Both the position numbers and the translations under genes were made by a program. Below the pieces are notes generated by a model. That model saw nothing but the letters and a program-made list of their open reading frames with translations, was not told the DNA's origin and did no database searches. From Histomonas meleagridis 2922-C6/04-290x (lineage: Eukaryota > Protista > Parabasalia), in the NCBI GenBank assembly GCA_020184695.1, contig JAANOX010000032.1:1-64000 (forward strand): a stretch of DNA of 64,000 nucleotides, read 5' to 3'. Below, one piece after another: positions 49,385 through 62,069 of the stretch. How positions within the stretch are numbered: the first letter of the stretch is position 1; every line of letters begins with the position of its first letter.

Positions 49385-51533
49385 ATAAACAAAGTTTGAA
49401 ATTTAACGTGGAATTTAAAGTCATTAATTGTAAATAAAGAAGTGATTTTACTGAAAAATCAGTGCCAAAACGATAGACAAATTAAATGAACAGGAAACTG
49501 TTTCCACAGAAAAAACTATCGTCATTCTGAAATTCCAATAATTATTTGATCGTCTTTTATTAGAAAAAATGAAATATTTCATTACCACACCTTAAAAAAC
49601 ATGGGAGCAGAAGTGCTAGCGACGTTGTAGGAGCAGCAATGAATTCGGCGCAGAAGGTGTCGGGCTTTTTTACCTCGACACTGAAAGAAAACGTCTTCAA
49701 ACTTATGATCATAAGATTCTGAACTTGAAAGCGATTTTCAAACAAACGGATAAAGAAAAAATTGGCCATGAAAATGTAATATTATCGATAGCTAAAAGTG
49801 ATGTTCTAAATAAAATTTTGAATTTTGTTAATATTTGAGAATTCTATTATCAAAAAAAAAAAAAAAATTGATTTAGAGATTAAAAATATATACAGTTATA
49901 TAAAAATATTATAATCATACTGAATTTTTTATAAATGACTTTCATATAATATTTCATATGAAAGTTATTTTTTATCTCATTATTTTGCTTTTATTTGAAA
50001 TGTTTAAAAACAAATTTAAGTATAAATGTACTTTGTGGAAACTTGTAATATATTTAAATTCACATATCTGTCGAAAGGATAATAGTAAAATAATATGGGA
50101 TATTGAAGAAAATGCAAATTTTAGCATAAGGATAATTTAAATACGAAAAAAGTGACAATTGTACCAAGTCTAATAATTGTTAAAGAATAAAAACAAAATT
50201 AATATATCAATTTATGTTTTGAATAGAGCCATTGAAGAAAATCACATTCCAAAACGTATTATATATTCATTAATGTATTTTGTTATCAGATATTCATATA
50301 AAATATAGAGTATATATTCGTATTATAGCATTTATTTTCTATCATAAATACTGATATATATAGTAAAGTAATATTTTAATATAAAAAGTATTTAATATTA
50401 CAACATTTTGTTACCTTAATTATTCTATAATAAAAATTTAAAAAGAAACAATCACTAAAAAAAGAGGGAAAAATTAAAAATGGAGAAGGGAGAAGAAAAG
50501 AGAAATAAAAAAAAGGAAAAAAAGAAAACTTTGTGATTAAAAAAAACTAATAAAAAAAACATTCGGTTCTTACATGATGAATTAGATTCAAAAAGTTTAC
50601 AAATCAATGTTTACATTATTATTTCAATGAGCAATTGATTTAATTATTTCCATCCAACCTCCATATAACATTGTATATTTTTTTCTTATTATTTTGATTG
50701 CTCTGATCGTCGTAAAGATTAAATTTTATATAAATTTAAACTAATAAAACATAATTAATATGTAAAACATGACAATTCATAAAAATTAATATGCGATATC
50801 AATTATTATTGATCAATTTATTAAATATTAATTAAGTCAAAAATTAATTTTTAATGTAACATTGATATGATATTCGTGTTGTAATTTAGATACGATTAAA
50901 TATTTCACAATATCTTAATTCTTGATCGTAATTTAGTTTAATATCTAATAATTGTTTCTTACAATTCATTTTAATTGATGCAATGTATGATGTATACAAT
51001 GTCGATAACTTGCTATTTAATAATATCTGTTTCAGCATTTTCGCCAAATTTTATTTTTGGTTAAAAAACATGATGAAAATCGTAAGTTATTCAAAATTGA
51101 ATTGAATGTGAATATTACCTCGAAAAACGAATTGAGAGCCAATTTTTGTATGCAGATTACACCTTATTAAAATTTTCCATGGAGATTACGAATTACATAT
51201 CATAATGGTAATGATTGAATGAACTTCACACTTTTTGAATACTACCCATTCCAATTTTGCCACGGTTGTAGGACAGTACTAAAACAAGAAAGTTAATCTT
51301 CAATTCATGCATATAGTTCAAGAACAAAGGGGGTTATAGTCAAATTTGAATAGATGTACGAATAAAAATCACACAATTATCTTATATCGTTTCCGATAAC
51401 GAAATCGTCAATGAGAGGATATTGATTTATTCTAGAAGAATATGTAAAATTGATCATCATATATTATGAACTACAAATAATTTCTGTTGCCGATTATAAA
51501 ATATTTGAAATCTGAATTAAAGACATGATTAAA

Positions 51534-52962
<1,429 letters not shown>

Positions 52963-53228
52963 TGAAATTAATTTCGCGAAATTCGAAATTAATAGCATTA
53001 AATAAGATTCGAATTATAATTATTTTGCTATCGGCGATAAACAGATTTTAGATCAAAAAAGAATCATAGTAAATTTACTATTCATGAATCATCGCGTTAT
53101 TGGTTAACGATATATTCGTAGTCAAATTTGAATAGAAGAACGAACAAAAATCATTCAATTAATTAAAAAGAAAAAATACTATAACATGATAATTTTGTTA
53201 TGTGACATAAGTATCGGGAAAAGATGAA

Positions 53229-54418
53229 TATAGTTGCAGGAAAAACCTCTGGTACGCAAGATAAACCCCTGGTACATCAATTTTTTATATAGAATTATAT
53301 AAATATACATTATTTATAATATTCATTTTACATTCTAGTTTAAAATATTAAAAATTAGAATAATTTTTATTATTAAAATTAGTTATCTGAACATGTGAGA
53401 ACGTTTTTAATCATCTTTCATCATGCAGGATGATTCTTGTTGAATGTGATGAGTTTCGATCAGCTGCAAATTAAATTGAGTTGCCGACGTAATTTTGTGG
53501 AACAATACATCTTATTGCTTTTGTATCATAATATTAATAATAAGTAGTAATATTAATAATATTCATTAAATACAACTTCATCGATATTAAACACAAACTT
53601 TGATTGTATATTAAAACTAAATAACTCTTTGAGATTATTAAAATAATTATCAATTTCTATTTTTGAATAAAATGAAGGTAAACTTGCAAGTGGTGAACCC
53701 TGTACAACTCTAAAATCAGGATTGTTATTTATATAATGCCGAATTGAATCAAGTTCAAGTGATTTACCATATATATCGTAAATTAAATTTTATATTGCTA
53801 GATAATTTCTTGGATAATGTTTTTCTACACCTTGCTGAATATATTTCTCTACATCTTCGTGTTCTTCTGGTGTTAGTAAAGGGGGCCATCCGATTAAAAT
53901 TTGTTTTTTATTCGATTGCGTTAGGTGATGCTGTATTGTACTTTTACCTATGTTAAATAAGTTCGCTATTGTTCTAATCCCAATCGGTATTTCGTTTACT
54001 TAAATTATATTATACATAATAATAACCTGTTCACTTTCTGCTTGAATAAAGTCCATCGAATTAATTATTCTGTCTACGAACCCCCTATATTCTTCCTTGA
54101 TGCAATAAATGTTAGAATCATCAAGTGTGTGTGGCCTCTTTAATCTTTGTGACGGATGAAGATCCATTTAAAACTTCATATTGTTTCAGTTGAATATCAA
54201 TTCCTTCTTGTTCAATTTCGATTGCAGTTAGCTTTTTTCTCTCAATTATTGTCATTTGACACATAATACTGAATTTATATCAAATGCCATGTAATTGATG
54301 GCATACGATTTTAATTTTAATATAATTATTTTTTCATCGTTTTCCTTGATATCAAGCATATTCAAATAAATGTACCAGGGGTTTTTCTTGTGTACCAGGG
54401 GTTTATCCTGGGACTATA
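53229..54418 (-). mobile_element. Defective pogo/Tc1-mariner-superfamily DNA transposon (1,186 bp, 53231-54416) with 47-bp TIRs and a TA target duplication
   Basis: Left TIR TAGTTGCAGGAAAAACCTCTGGTACGCAAGATAAACCCCTGGTACAT (53231-53277) matches the reverse complement of 54370-54416 at 41/47 positions. TA flanks both sides (53229-30, 54417-18). An internal transposase remnant is present. Confidence 0.85.
53420..54264 (-). pseudogene. Transposase remnant (HTH plus first DDE aspartate), with stops and a 3' deletion
   Basis: The minus strand reads IRTIANLFNIGKSTIQHHL (HTH), GWPPLLTPEE (cf. GRPxxL), ...FVFNIDEV (first catalytic D region of pogo/DDE_1 proteins), then DTKAIRCIVP. Several in-frame stops occur and no second or third catalytic residue precedes the TIR. 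Confidence 0.75.
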
Positions 54419-56705
54419 CACAGGATGACTGATGATAATTTATCAATTGATTTTAAATTATCATGCGAAGGGGAAAAAAGAACCTTTGAAATTATTCAAT
54501 GATAAAAAAACTGTTACAGTATTTGAAAAAGTTATCGTTAGAAAGTTTTGTATCGTATGTATCAATATATGGCCGAATGTGCATCCACATTTCGAAAATA
54601 ACTTATGTACGACAATTACATGAATATGCCATCAATATATTTGAATTTTTTTGAGTTTATTAATATTTTAGATAGGTTTGAAAAGAATTTAATATCAAGA
54701 TTTTATATAATTAAATAAAATAAAATAATATTTCATCATTGCCCAAATAATTTCTGAATTTTTAATTTCTTCATAGATTAAGATATTATTCTTAGTTTTT
54801 TATTAATTATAGATGCAATCATGTATTTATATTCGAAATATCTATAATATCAAGATCGTATGATACACGCGATATACGATTATAATTCGATTTTAAGTTA
54901 TTTAAATCATCCCACAAGTCCAAGCGATTCGAAGTCAAATTTGAATGAGTGAATGAAAATCACTCAATCAGCTCGTATCGTTCTCAAAGACAATTTCATA
55001 ATAAAGTTTGCTCAAGAAACGGTGGTATTGAATCATATTCGGAAAAATAGAGAAATTAACAACATTACGAATAATGTTAAATAAATTGAAAAATGTAATA
55101 TATCCAAAATTTGAAAGCACATGAGTAATATGAGATAAAAGGAATCGATAAATGCATCTCAAGTCAGTATTTTGAAGATAATGTGCAAATTGCATTTGTA
55201 TAGATATTCAATTTATGAAATTGAACATTTTGCTTATACAAAAATTCGAAAAAAATCATCAAATAAATTCAATGATCAATAATCATTTTTTCAGAAAAAA
55301 ATGTATAAAGTTAGTACAGAAACTATTTTATTGATTATAAATTATTAATCAGGTTTAATAAATACATCATTAAGGTATTACGAAAATTATCACATCATTC
55401 ATTATTCAAATAAAATCATAAATTTAAGAAAATCAAGATTTCATATAATTATTCAAAATAAATAACGAATCACGATTCTATGATAAAATATCAATATTTT
55501 TATTTTTCAACAAAACAAGAATCATTTAATTTGGATGTTTACAAATTACAATGATGTAAATAAATAACGTATCTTTCCGAGGAAAGGGTAAAATTTTGAT
55601 AATATTTACCATCATTCAAATTCGCTCCTATCGTCACTTATCGTTGCCCCTATCGTTTGATATAAATCATGCAAAAGTCGATTATTGTCACTTTTCGGAA
55701 TGAAAGAATAGATTTATCTCGTGCTAATTATGATATTATTTATAGATATATATTAATCATAGATGTAATAATGCATATATATTATATATTCATTATATCA
55801 GAATCGTAGGATGATCGCTATATATGATGTATGGAAATCGCAAGTCGAGTTTAATATATAGTATTAATAGAAACTTGATGCAAATCAATAAAGTTAAATC
55901 AAGTAATAGCTATCGGTGGGGAACTCGGGATAATCATTTTAGCCTAAAAAAAAAAAATCTGGTAATTTTTCATCGCTTCTTCAGGAACAAGCAATCAAAA
56001 AAAATAAACCTTTTAATTTCTCCCAAACCATAAAATTTGTGGAAAACGTTAAATATTCCCTTTTCCCGACTTTTGGGAATCGGGAAAATTTTAGTAAAAT
56101 TAGAGCTGGGAAAACTCAAGCTTTGAGAAAAATATTTTTATTCGTTTTGAACAAATAAATACCATATGTTCATAATATTTTCATCAATTAAAATAAAATT
56201 TAAAAAAGAGATTCCGCAATATAACAATTTTATTATTAGTGAAATAAAGTATACAAAAATTCAAAAATGATTGAAATCAAGTTTTCTATTATTCAAATTT
56301 TTCTTCATTAGGTTTTTGAAATATTTCATTCTTTATTTTGGATTTTTCAGTGAATATAGTACTCGTTTTCATAGTTTTGTTTATGCCCAGCATAAGTTGA
56401 TTCATAGTTGAATATTTTATATCTTTCGCCATATCAGAATCAAATTTTTCATGGAAAAAATCATCAACAATTTCTTTTTTCATTGTTTTAATATATTCGA
56501 TGTACTGATCTTGATAAATTGAACTTAGGTTGAAATTGTTTAATCAAATGACATTTGCCTTCATAAGGGCATATATGCTAGCAACGTTGGAATGATATAA
56601 AGGAAAAGGATAATTTTCGATTTTTGTTTCTAAATGTGGAAATTTGAGTGTCACTTTTCGTAAATTATTTGGAGAACATCCAAAAAAGCGCGCCAATACT
56701 ATAAA

Positions 56706-57284
56706 ATGAATCAGGAAGAACAAAGCCAAACACAAGCAGGAAATGAACCAATTTCACAAGACTTTGTACTTTTACTAACAATTAGGCAATACTTTATGCT
56801 TTTACGACAGGAAAAAGGTCATCATCCAGATGCATCACCACTTGATTTAGAAATATTATTAATTATAAAGTTTGTATGTTCAGTAAATGACAATCCAATT
56901 AAAATGCTGAGCAGTGTTGGTATTATTATTATTGGTGATAAAATTGCAATTAATAATTCTCTTCTTCATGATGTATTAATGTCTTCACGGTCCAGAATTA
57001 ACAACACGCTAAACAAACTTAAATGGCATGTTATTCCGATGGGGAATCCAGAAAAATTTGATATTTTACGTCCGTTACTTGATCGAAATGATGTTCGAAA
57101 CTGGACTATTCGCGAAATCCCACAGACAGCTCAACTCTATTCATTTGTACAGAACTATCCACAAGTTCAATTTTATGATGGAGAGAAGCAACTTATATTA
57201 TCAACTGTATCCAACGAAAATAAAGAAATACTTAATCAGACTGATGAATCAACTATCAACGTCAGCCTTGACAGCGAAAAATAA
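56706..57284 (+). CDS. Initiator-binding-domain (IBD, IBP39-related) family protein
   Basis: VGIIIIGDKIAINNSLLHDVLMSSRSRINNTLNKLKW...RNWTIR resembles the parabasalid IBD pattern (CGIxW...IAINTxQL...KSSINGxL...RxWTxR). Confidence 0.7.
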   Translation: MNQEEQSQTQAGNEPISQDFVLLLTIRQYFMLLRQEKGHHPDASPLDLEILLIIKFVCSVNDNPIKMLSSVGIIIIGDKIAINNSLLHDVLMSSRSRINNTLNKLKWHVIPMGNPEKFDILRPLLDRNDVRNWTIREIPQTAQLYSFVQNYPQVQFYDGEKQLILSTVSNENKEILNQTDESTINVSLDSEK

Positions 57285-57381
57285 AATCATTTCATTTAAT
57301 AAAAATATTTCAGTATTTATTATTTTTTTATTATCATAAAAAAAATTTTCTCTAAATGATAAAAGATTAAGCGAAAAACAT

Positions 57382-58710
57382 TTATTGGCTTTCATCTTCA
57401 TCTGTTTCAAAGTCTTCCTCTTCTTCTTCCTCATAATATTCATATTCATTATCTATTTGAGGCAAATCTCCTCCATAATTTGCTCGACTAATTTCACCAA
57501 AAGTTTTATATATTGTGTTCATATATTCATTCCAATTTTCGTCATCTTTTGGTTCTTTTTTATAATTACAGATAAGTTGTGTGGCTTGATATAAATGATA
57601 CCAATATGTGGCATTTATAGTTTTATATTCTTTAAATGCAATTGGTATCTTTTTAATCATTTCTTCAAGTGATGAATCATCGACTTCAAAAAACAAATAT
57701 TTAAATAATACTATAAATAAATGATGGAGTATAGAATTGGTTGGATATTCAAATAATTTCCGAAAATAATAAATAGGTAATTGAGAAAATTTTTCTAAAT
57801 TGTCAGTGACTTGTGATATGAAATAGACCACGATATCTGTCGCATTACTTTTAGAAATAGTGAAATCTGGACCATTTTGGATAAAGGAACAAATTTCATC
57901 GGAGTTGGAGAAAAGATATTCTGTTACATTCTTGTATGTTTGAGAGTTTCGAGAATCTTGAAGGGATTTACAAATGTTTAATAAAAGTAAAAGAGCTTTG
58001 GGAGAGTTGGGAGAATTACTTTGAAAGCCAATTTCATAGAGTCTTTTGACAGTGTCAAGTGTGGCGATTGATAATATTGAACGGGGATTATTTTTAGAAA
58101 CATCATTTAAAAGGTTGAAAATAATAGCGTTGTAGGACTCATCATCAGGCTTGAGTGAATTGAAAATTGTAGGAATAGTTTTGTTAATTTCCCTGAAATT
58201 AATTATTGGAACATCATTTGAATTAAGAATAGTAGACAAGCAACTTAGAATGGGAGGATCTTGGTAATGAAGCAATAGGTTAGGAATAAGTTTTTCCTTT
58301 TCGGGTAACGAAATAATGATAAGACCAGTTGTAGAATTAACAATTGAGGTGAAAATCATAGCAAACGTAGATGCCTTAGAAGGTGAATATTCTGAGTTTA
58401 GGAAGTTGGAAATCTTTTGAAGGAATTCTTGATTTGATGGAAAGCTATTTGTAAATGAAATAACAGGTGTACTCAAACAAAAGACGGCCCCTGAAACAAT
58501 TTCTGCATTATCCTCTGTTATATCAGAAAAAGCAATATCAAAAATTTTTGTAAGATTAGCAGATAAGTATAAAATCAGTTGTTCAAGTTGTCTACGGAAA
58601 GCAATTCTAAATTGTGGATGAACAAGCACTTTCTCCAACGTGCAATCATTTCCTTCGATTATTGACTTTATTTCCGAAAAATCTTGGTCGATAAAATCCC
58701 AGGGGTCCAT
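57382..58710 (-). CDS. SIT4/PP6-associated (SAPS-like) helical protein with an acidic tail
   Basis: The N-terminus (CTLEKVL...EQLILYL) resembles the SAPS start. The body is helical-repeat-like and the C-terminus is E/D-rich. The likely ATG is 58710 (MDPWDF); the ORF extends to 58761. Confidence 0.6.
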   Translation of the reverse strand: MDPWDFIDQDFSEIKSIIEGNDCTLEKVLVHPQFRIAFRRQLEQLILYLSANLTKIFDIAFSDITEDNAEIVSGAVFCLSTPVISFTNSFPSNQEFLQKISNFLNSEYSPSKASTFAMIFTSIVNSTTGLIIISLPEKEKLIPNLLLHYQDPPILSCLSTILNSNDVPIINFREINKTIPTIFNSLKPDDESYNAIIFNLLNDVSKNNPRSILSIATLDTVKRLYEIGFQSNSPNSPKALLLLLNICKSLQDSRNSQTYKNVTEYLFSNSDEICSFIQNGPDFTISKSNATDIVVYFISQVTDNLEKFSQLPIYYFRKLFEYPTNSILHHLFIVLFKYLFFEVDDSSLEEMIKKIPIAFKEYKTINATYWYHLYQATQLICNYKKEPKDDENWNEYMNTIYKTFGEISRANYGGDLPQIDNEYEYYEEEEEEDFETDEDESQ

Positions 58711-58945
58711 GAAATAAACGTTTAACGTACAAGTTGTTTTCATGAAAAAGTGTCGTTTCAATAGAAAAAGCGTTTATCAAAATTGAAAAAAAATAATTTT
58801 GTTAAAAAATAACCAAATCTTCCAAAGCGTTTTTTTCCAAATCATCATCAAAAGTTTTAATGAGTTTTTTAAGGCGCAAAAATGGGCCTGATGAATTTAA
58901 AACAAAATATTGCTTTAGTCAAAAATGTCATTTTATTTCGCAAAA

Positions 58946-60616
58946 TTAACTAAATGTTATATTCACTAATTTTATCTCTGTCTTAGGATGGTGATAAGAG
59001 TCTACCTCTACAATTTCTATCATATGTACATTCTCCATACCACTAATGACTTTACCCCAACAAGTATGTTTTCCATTCAAATGTGGCGCTGGAGCAGTTG
59101 TTATAAAGAACTGGGATGCATTTGTATTTGGTCCGGAGTTTGCCATTCCAACCATTCCAGGTTGATCAAATGTATGTCCATTTGGAGAAATTTCATCTTC
59201 AAATGTTCCACCCCAAATACTTTCACCACCAATTCCAGTACCCGTAGGGTCACCTGTTTGGATACAAAAGTCTCTAACGACACGGTGAATCCTAATGTTA
59301 TCATAATATCCACGTCTCGCATGAGTAACAAAGTTTTCTACAGTCAAAGGGCATTCCTCAGGATACATTTCGAATTTGATACTTCCCATGACTGTATGTA
59401 AAGTTGCGACTCGAGGCCATTTGGTGTTGGCGGTTTTTCTCAATTGAACGGTTTGTTGCAGTTTTTCTTTCGATGCCTTTTCGTTGAAGACATCGCGCTT
59501 CGGCGATTCTGGGTTTTTGTTGGTATATAAGTAGATACGTTGTCGATCAAAGGCAGTAAGGATTGCCATAGGCATGGAAGATTGTAACATCGCAACGGAA
59601 TTATATCGTTCATGTTTCTCAACTCGACCAATTATCCTAAGTAAAGAGCCATCCTTAATGTTAATGAATTTGAGACCGAAAGGAGATGGATAAGCAATGA
59701 TGGAATTGCTTTCATCAAATTGAACACTGAAATAATCAAAATTATTTCGATATTGTTTTTCGGCAGCAATGCGTGCATTAAAGTCTTCAGGTTCAATGCC
59801 ATAGGTAACGTCTGGATCAAACGTTTCTCTGATTTTGCGAACTAGTTTTCCACTATGAATATTAAATATGTAAACACACCAATCACTTGCACATATTGCA
59901 ATGTATTTTCCGTTACTGGATACTGCAATAGAAACAGCTGTTAAGGATGAGCCCGCAAGAATGAATAAATCTGTATCAAGTTTCATTTGATAATCAAATT
60001 TTGGCGTTTGACCTTCACTATCCCAAAATTCAATTAAGCCTTCCTTATCGCATGAAACAGAGCAATTTAGTGCATCTATGTGTGCCATGCAAGTAATTGG
60101 TGAATGATGAATTTCAAATTCACGAATTATTTTTGGAGGTTCATTGTTATTAACTTTTTCAAGACAGTCAATAACAGCTATAGTTGTCTTGCTGGAAAAT
60201 GTAATGGCAAGCTCGTAAATTGGAATTGCTGGATTATGAAGGAAATTAACAATTATAGAATCAGGTACAGAAAAGTCATATTTAGAAACAAGATCAAAGG
60301 ATGGTATATCAAAGACACAAATACGGCCATTCTTTGAAGAAGTTGCAATATATTTTCCATCATGGGAAACTGAAAACGAATTAAATGGGCCATCTTTTGT
60401 ATTAATTTTACGCACAAATTCTATGTCTGTTTCTGTTTTGTGCCAAAATTGGATAACACCATCAATACTCATTGAAATGAAAAAATCAATTTGTTCTGAA
60501 TAAGTAACAAACAAAACTTGGTCAACATGCATATAAGAGCGATAATACATTTCGGCCGAAGGAAGTCTTGAAAGAAGAACATCTTTGAATGTTACCTTTT
60601 CTGTGTTTTCAGCCAT
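58946..60616 (-). CDS. PPWD1: WD40-repeat cyclophilin (PPWD1/CYP71-type peptidyl-prolyl isomerase)
   Basis: LPSAEMYYRSYMH...WD40 region, then a cyclophilin domain (TVENFVTHARRGYY, HRVVRDFCIQTGDPTGTGIGGESIWG, GMANSGPNTNASQFFITT, LNGKHTCWGKV). Confidence 0.92.
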   Translation of the reverse strand: MAENTEKVTFKDVLLSRLPSAEMYYRSYMHVDQVLFVTYSEQIDFFISMSIDGVIQFWHKTETDIEFVRKINTKDGPFNSFSVSHDGKYIATSSKNGRICVFDIPSFDLVSKYDFSVPDSIIVNFLHNPAIPIYELAITFSSKTTIAVIDCLEKVNNNEPPKIIREFEIHHSPITCMAHIDALNCSVSCDKEGLIEFWDSEGQTPKFDYQMKLDTDLFILAGSSLTAVSIAVSSNGKYIAICASDWCVYIFNIHSGKLVRKIRETFDPDVTYGIEPEDFNARIAAEKQYRNNFDYFSVQFDESNSIIAYPSPFGLKFINIKDGSLLRIIGRVEKHERYNSVAMLQSSMPMAILTAFDRQRIYLYTNKNPESPKRDVFNEKASKEKLQQTVQLRKTANTKWPRVATLHTVMGSIKFEMYPEECPLTVENFVTHARRGYYDNIRIHRVVRDFCIQTGDPTGTGIGGESIWGGTFEDEISPNGHTFDQPGMVGMANSGPNTNASQFFITTAPAPHLNGKHTCWGKVISGMENVHMIEIVEVDSYHHPKTEIKLVNITFS

Positions 60617-60709
60617 TAAAGGAGCTAAACGTTTATTTCAGATGTTCTTCACATCACATGTCATTGATTTTGGGGTGGTTCGTTTTTGCAGGACGTTTAC
60701 TTTATTAAA
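60617..60709. promoter_or_regulatory. 93-bp putative bidirectional promoter
   Basis: Divergent ATGs at 60616 (-) and 60710 (+). Confidence 0.6.
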
Positions 60710-61801
60710 ATGGCTGTTTCTGAAGCAGAATACCTTATGTACTACCAAAATTATTTTCCATTCGAAAAAATACGCGAATGGATATCATACAATGGCCAAG
60801 AGCCATTAGATAATCGTGAATGTTCTTTTTGGTTTGATGATCAAAGATTTACACGTTGGAATCATATTGATCAACTTCCTTCACTCCTCAGTAGAACCCC
60901 ACCAATGCCACCTCAACGTATGGAAATTGGTCCAGTTTATACACATCCAATTCAAATCAGAAATTCGATTCCCAGTAGTGATTTTCATGCAAGTCATCGT
61001 GAGCTTGTTTTTGATATTGACGCAGATGACTTCAAAGAAATCAAACATTGTTGTGGTGATTCTGAAATCTGTGAACATTGTTGGTTATTTATGGAATGTG
61101 CTCTCAAAGTTCTAAGCAAAGCTCTAAAGGAAAACTTCGGCTTCAAAAACATCCTTTATGTCTTTTCAGGACGACGTGGTGTACATCTATGGGTTTGTGA
61201 CAAAAATGCTCGAGAATTAAATGAAGCAGTTCGTCGTTCCATCGTCAGATATTTAAATCTCAAAGAGATAACAGAAAAAAAGAACGGAAAGTTTTGTCCG
61301 TTAGCATGTCAAATGCTTCCAATCTGCGAAGACTATTTTTGTCGTATTGCTGAAGAACAAAATATCTTTACATATGAACCCATATCCAAACAAATCGAGG
61401 ATCTCATTGGTCGATCTTGTTACCAATGGCTTATGGATCAGTTCCGATCATTAAATGGCGAATTTCCAGCAAAATGGAACAGAGTAAAAGAAACAAAATA
61501 CCACACGCTTCGGTTTGGAGAGACTGAAAACTTTTATAAGTTGATATATTATTTTACTTTTCCAAGACTTGATGCAAATGTTACGACGATCATGAACCAC
61601 TTACTTAAGTCCCCATTCTCAATCCATCCGAAGTCCGGATTATTATCAGTTCCAATACCGGAAAATATGTTTGATCAATTTCCACCAAATTGGGTACCTT
61701 CACTTAAGGATTTACTGAGTGATAATCCTGATGCTTTAGCAACCTTCAAAGAAGCAGTTGAATTGTTCGAGAATTTCCAAAAAAGTACATTGAATGAATA
61801 A
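60710..61801 (+). CDS. PRIM1: DNA primase small (catalytic) subunit
   Basis: ELVFDIDADD, zinc-knuckle CCGDSEICEHCW, VFSGRRGVHLWV, FPRLDANVT and HLLKSPFSIHPKSG. The likely ATG is 60710. Confidence 0.95.
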   Translation: MAVSEAEYLMYYQNYFPFEKIREWISYNGQEPLDNRECSFWFDDQRFTRWNHIDQLPSLLSRTPPMPPQRMEIGPVYTHPIQIRNSIPSSDFHASHRELVFDIDADDFKEIKHCCGDSEICEHCWLFMECALKVLSKALKENFGFKNILYVFSGRRGVHLWVCDKNARELNEAVRRSIVRYLNLKEITEKKNGKFCPLACQMLPICEDYFCRIAEEQNIFTYEPISKQIEDLIGRSCYQWLMDQFRSLNGEFPAKWNRVKETKYHTLRFGETENFYKLIYYFTFPRLDANVTTIMNHLLKSPFSIHPKSGLLSVPIPENMFDQFPPNWVPSLKDLLSDNPDALATFKEAVELFENFQKSTLNE

Positions 61802-62069
61802 AAATATTTGTCAGTGATTTCTTCAATGTTGTTACAAATCATTTTGGTGGGAAATATTAAGAATTTTATTAAAGCAATTTACATGTTTAAAAATATTTTT
61901 AAATTGTCTTAAAAATAATAGTCAAATGTGAAAAAAATATACTAAGTATTAAACATATTACAAGATACTGAGAGGAAAATGGAAAAATATTTAAATATTG
62001 TGCTTAAGTTATGAAGAAACTTAATTTTCATTCAAAAAGTGTACAAATAAACTATTGAAATTCTTCAAA

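Noticed and set aside
56100-56120. TAGAGCTGGGAAAA as a hAT-like transposon end
   Set aside because: No matching inverted end or 8-bp TSD was found in the window.
56289-56483. 64-aa minus-strand ORF divergent from the IBD gene
   Set aside because: It is too short, has no recognisable motif, and cannot be separated from a chance ORF without expression data.
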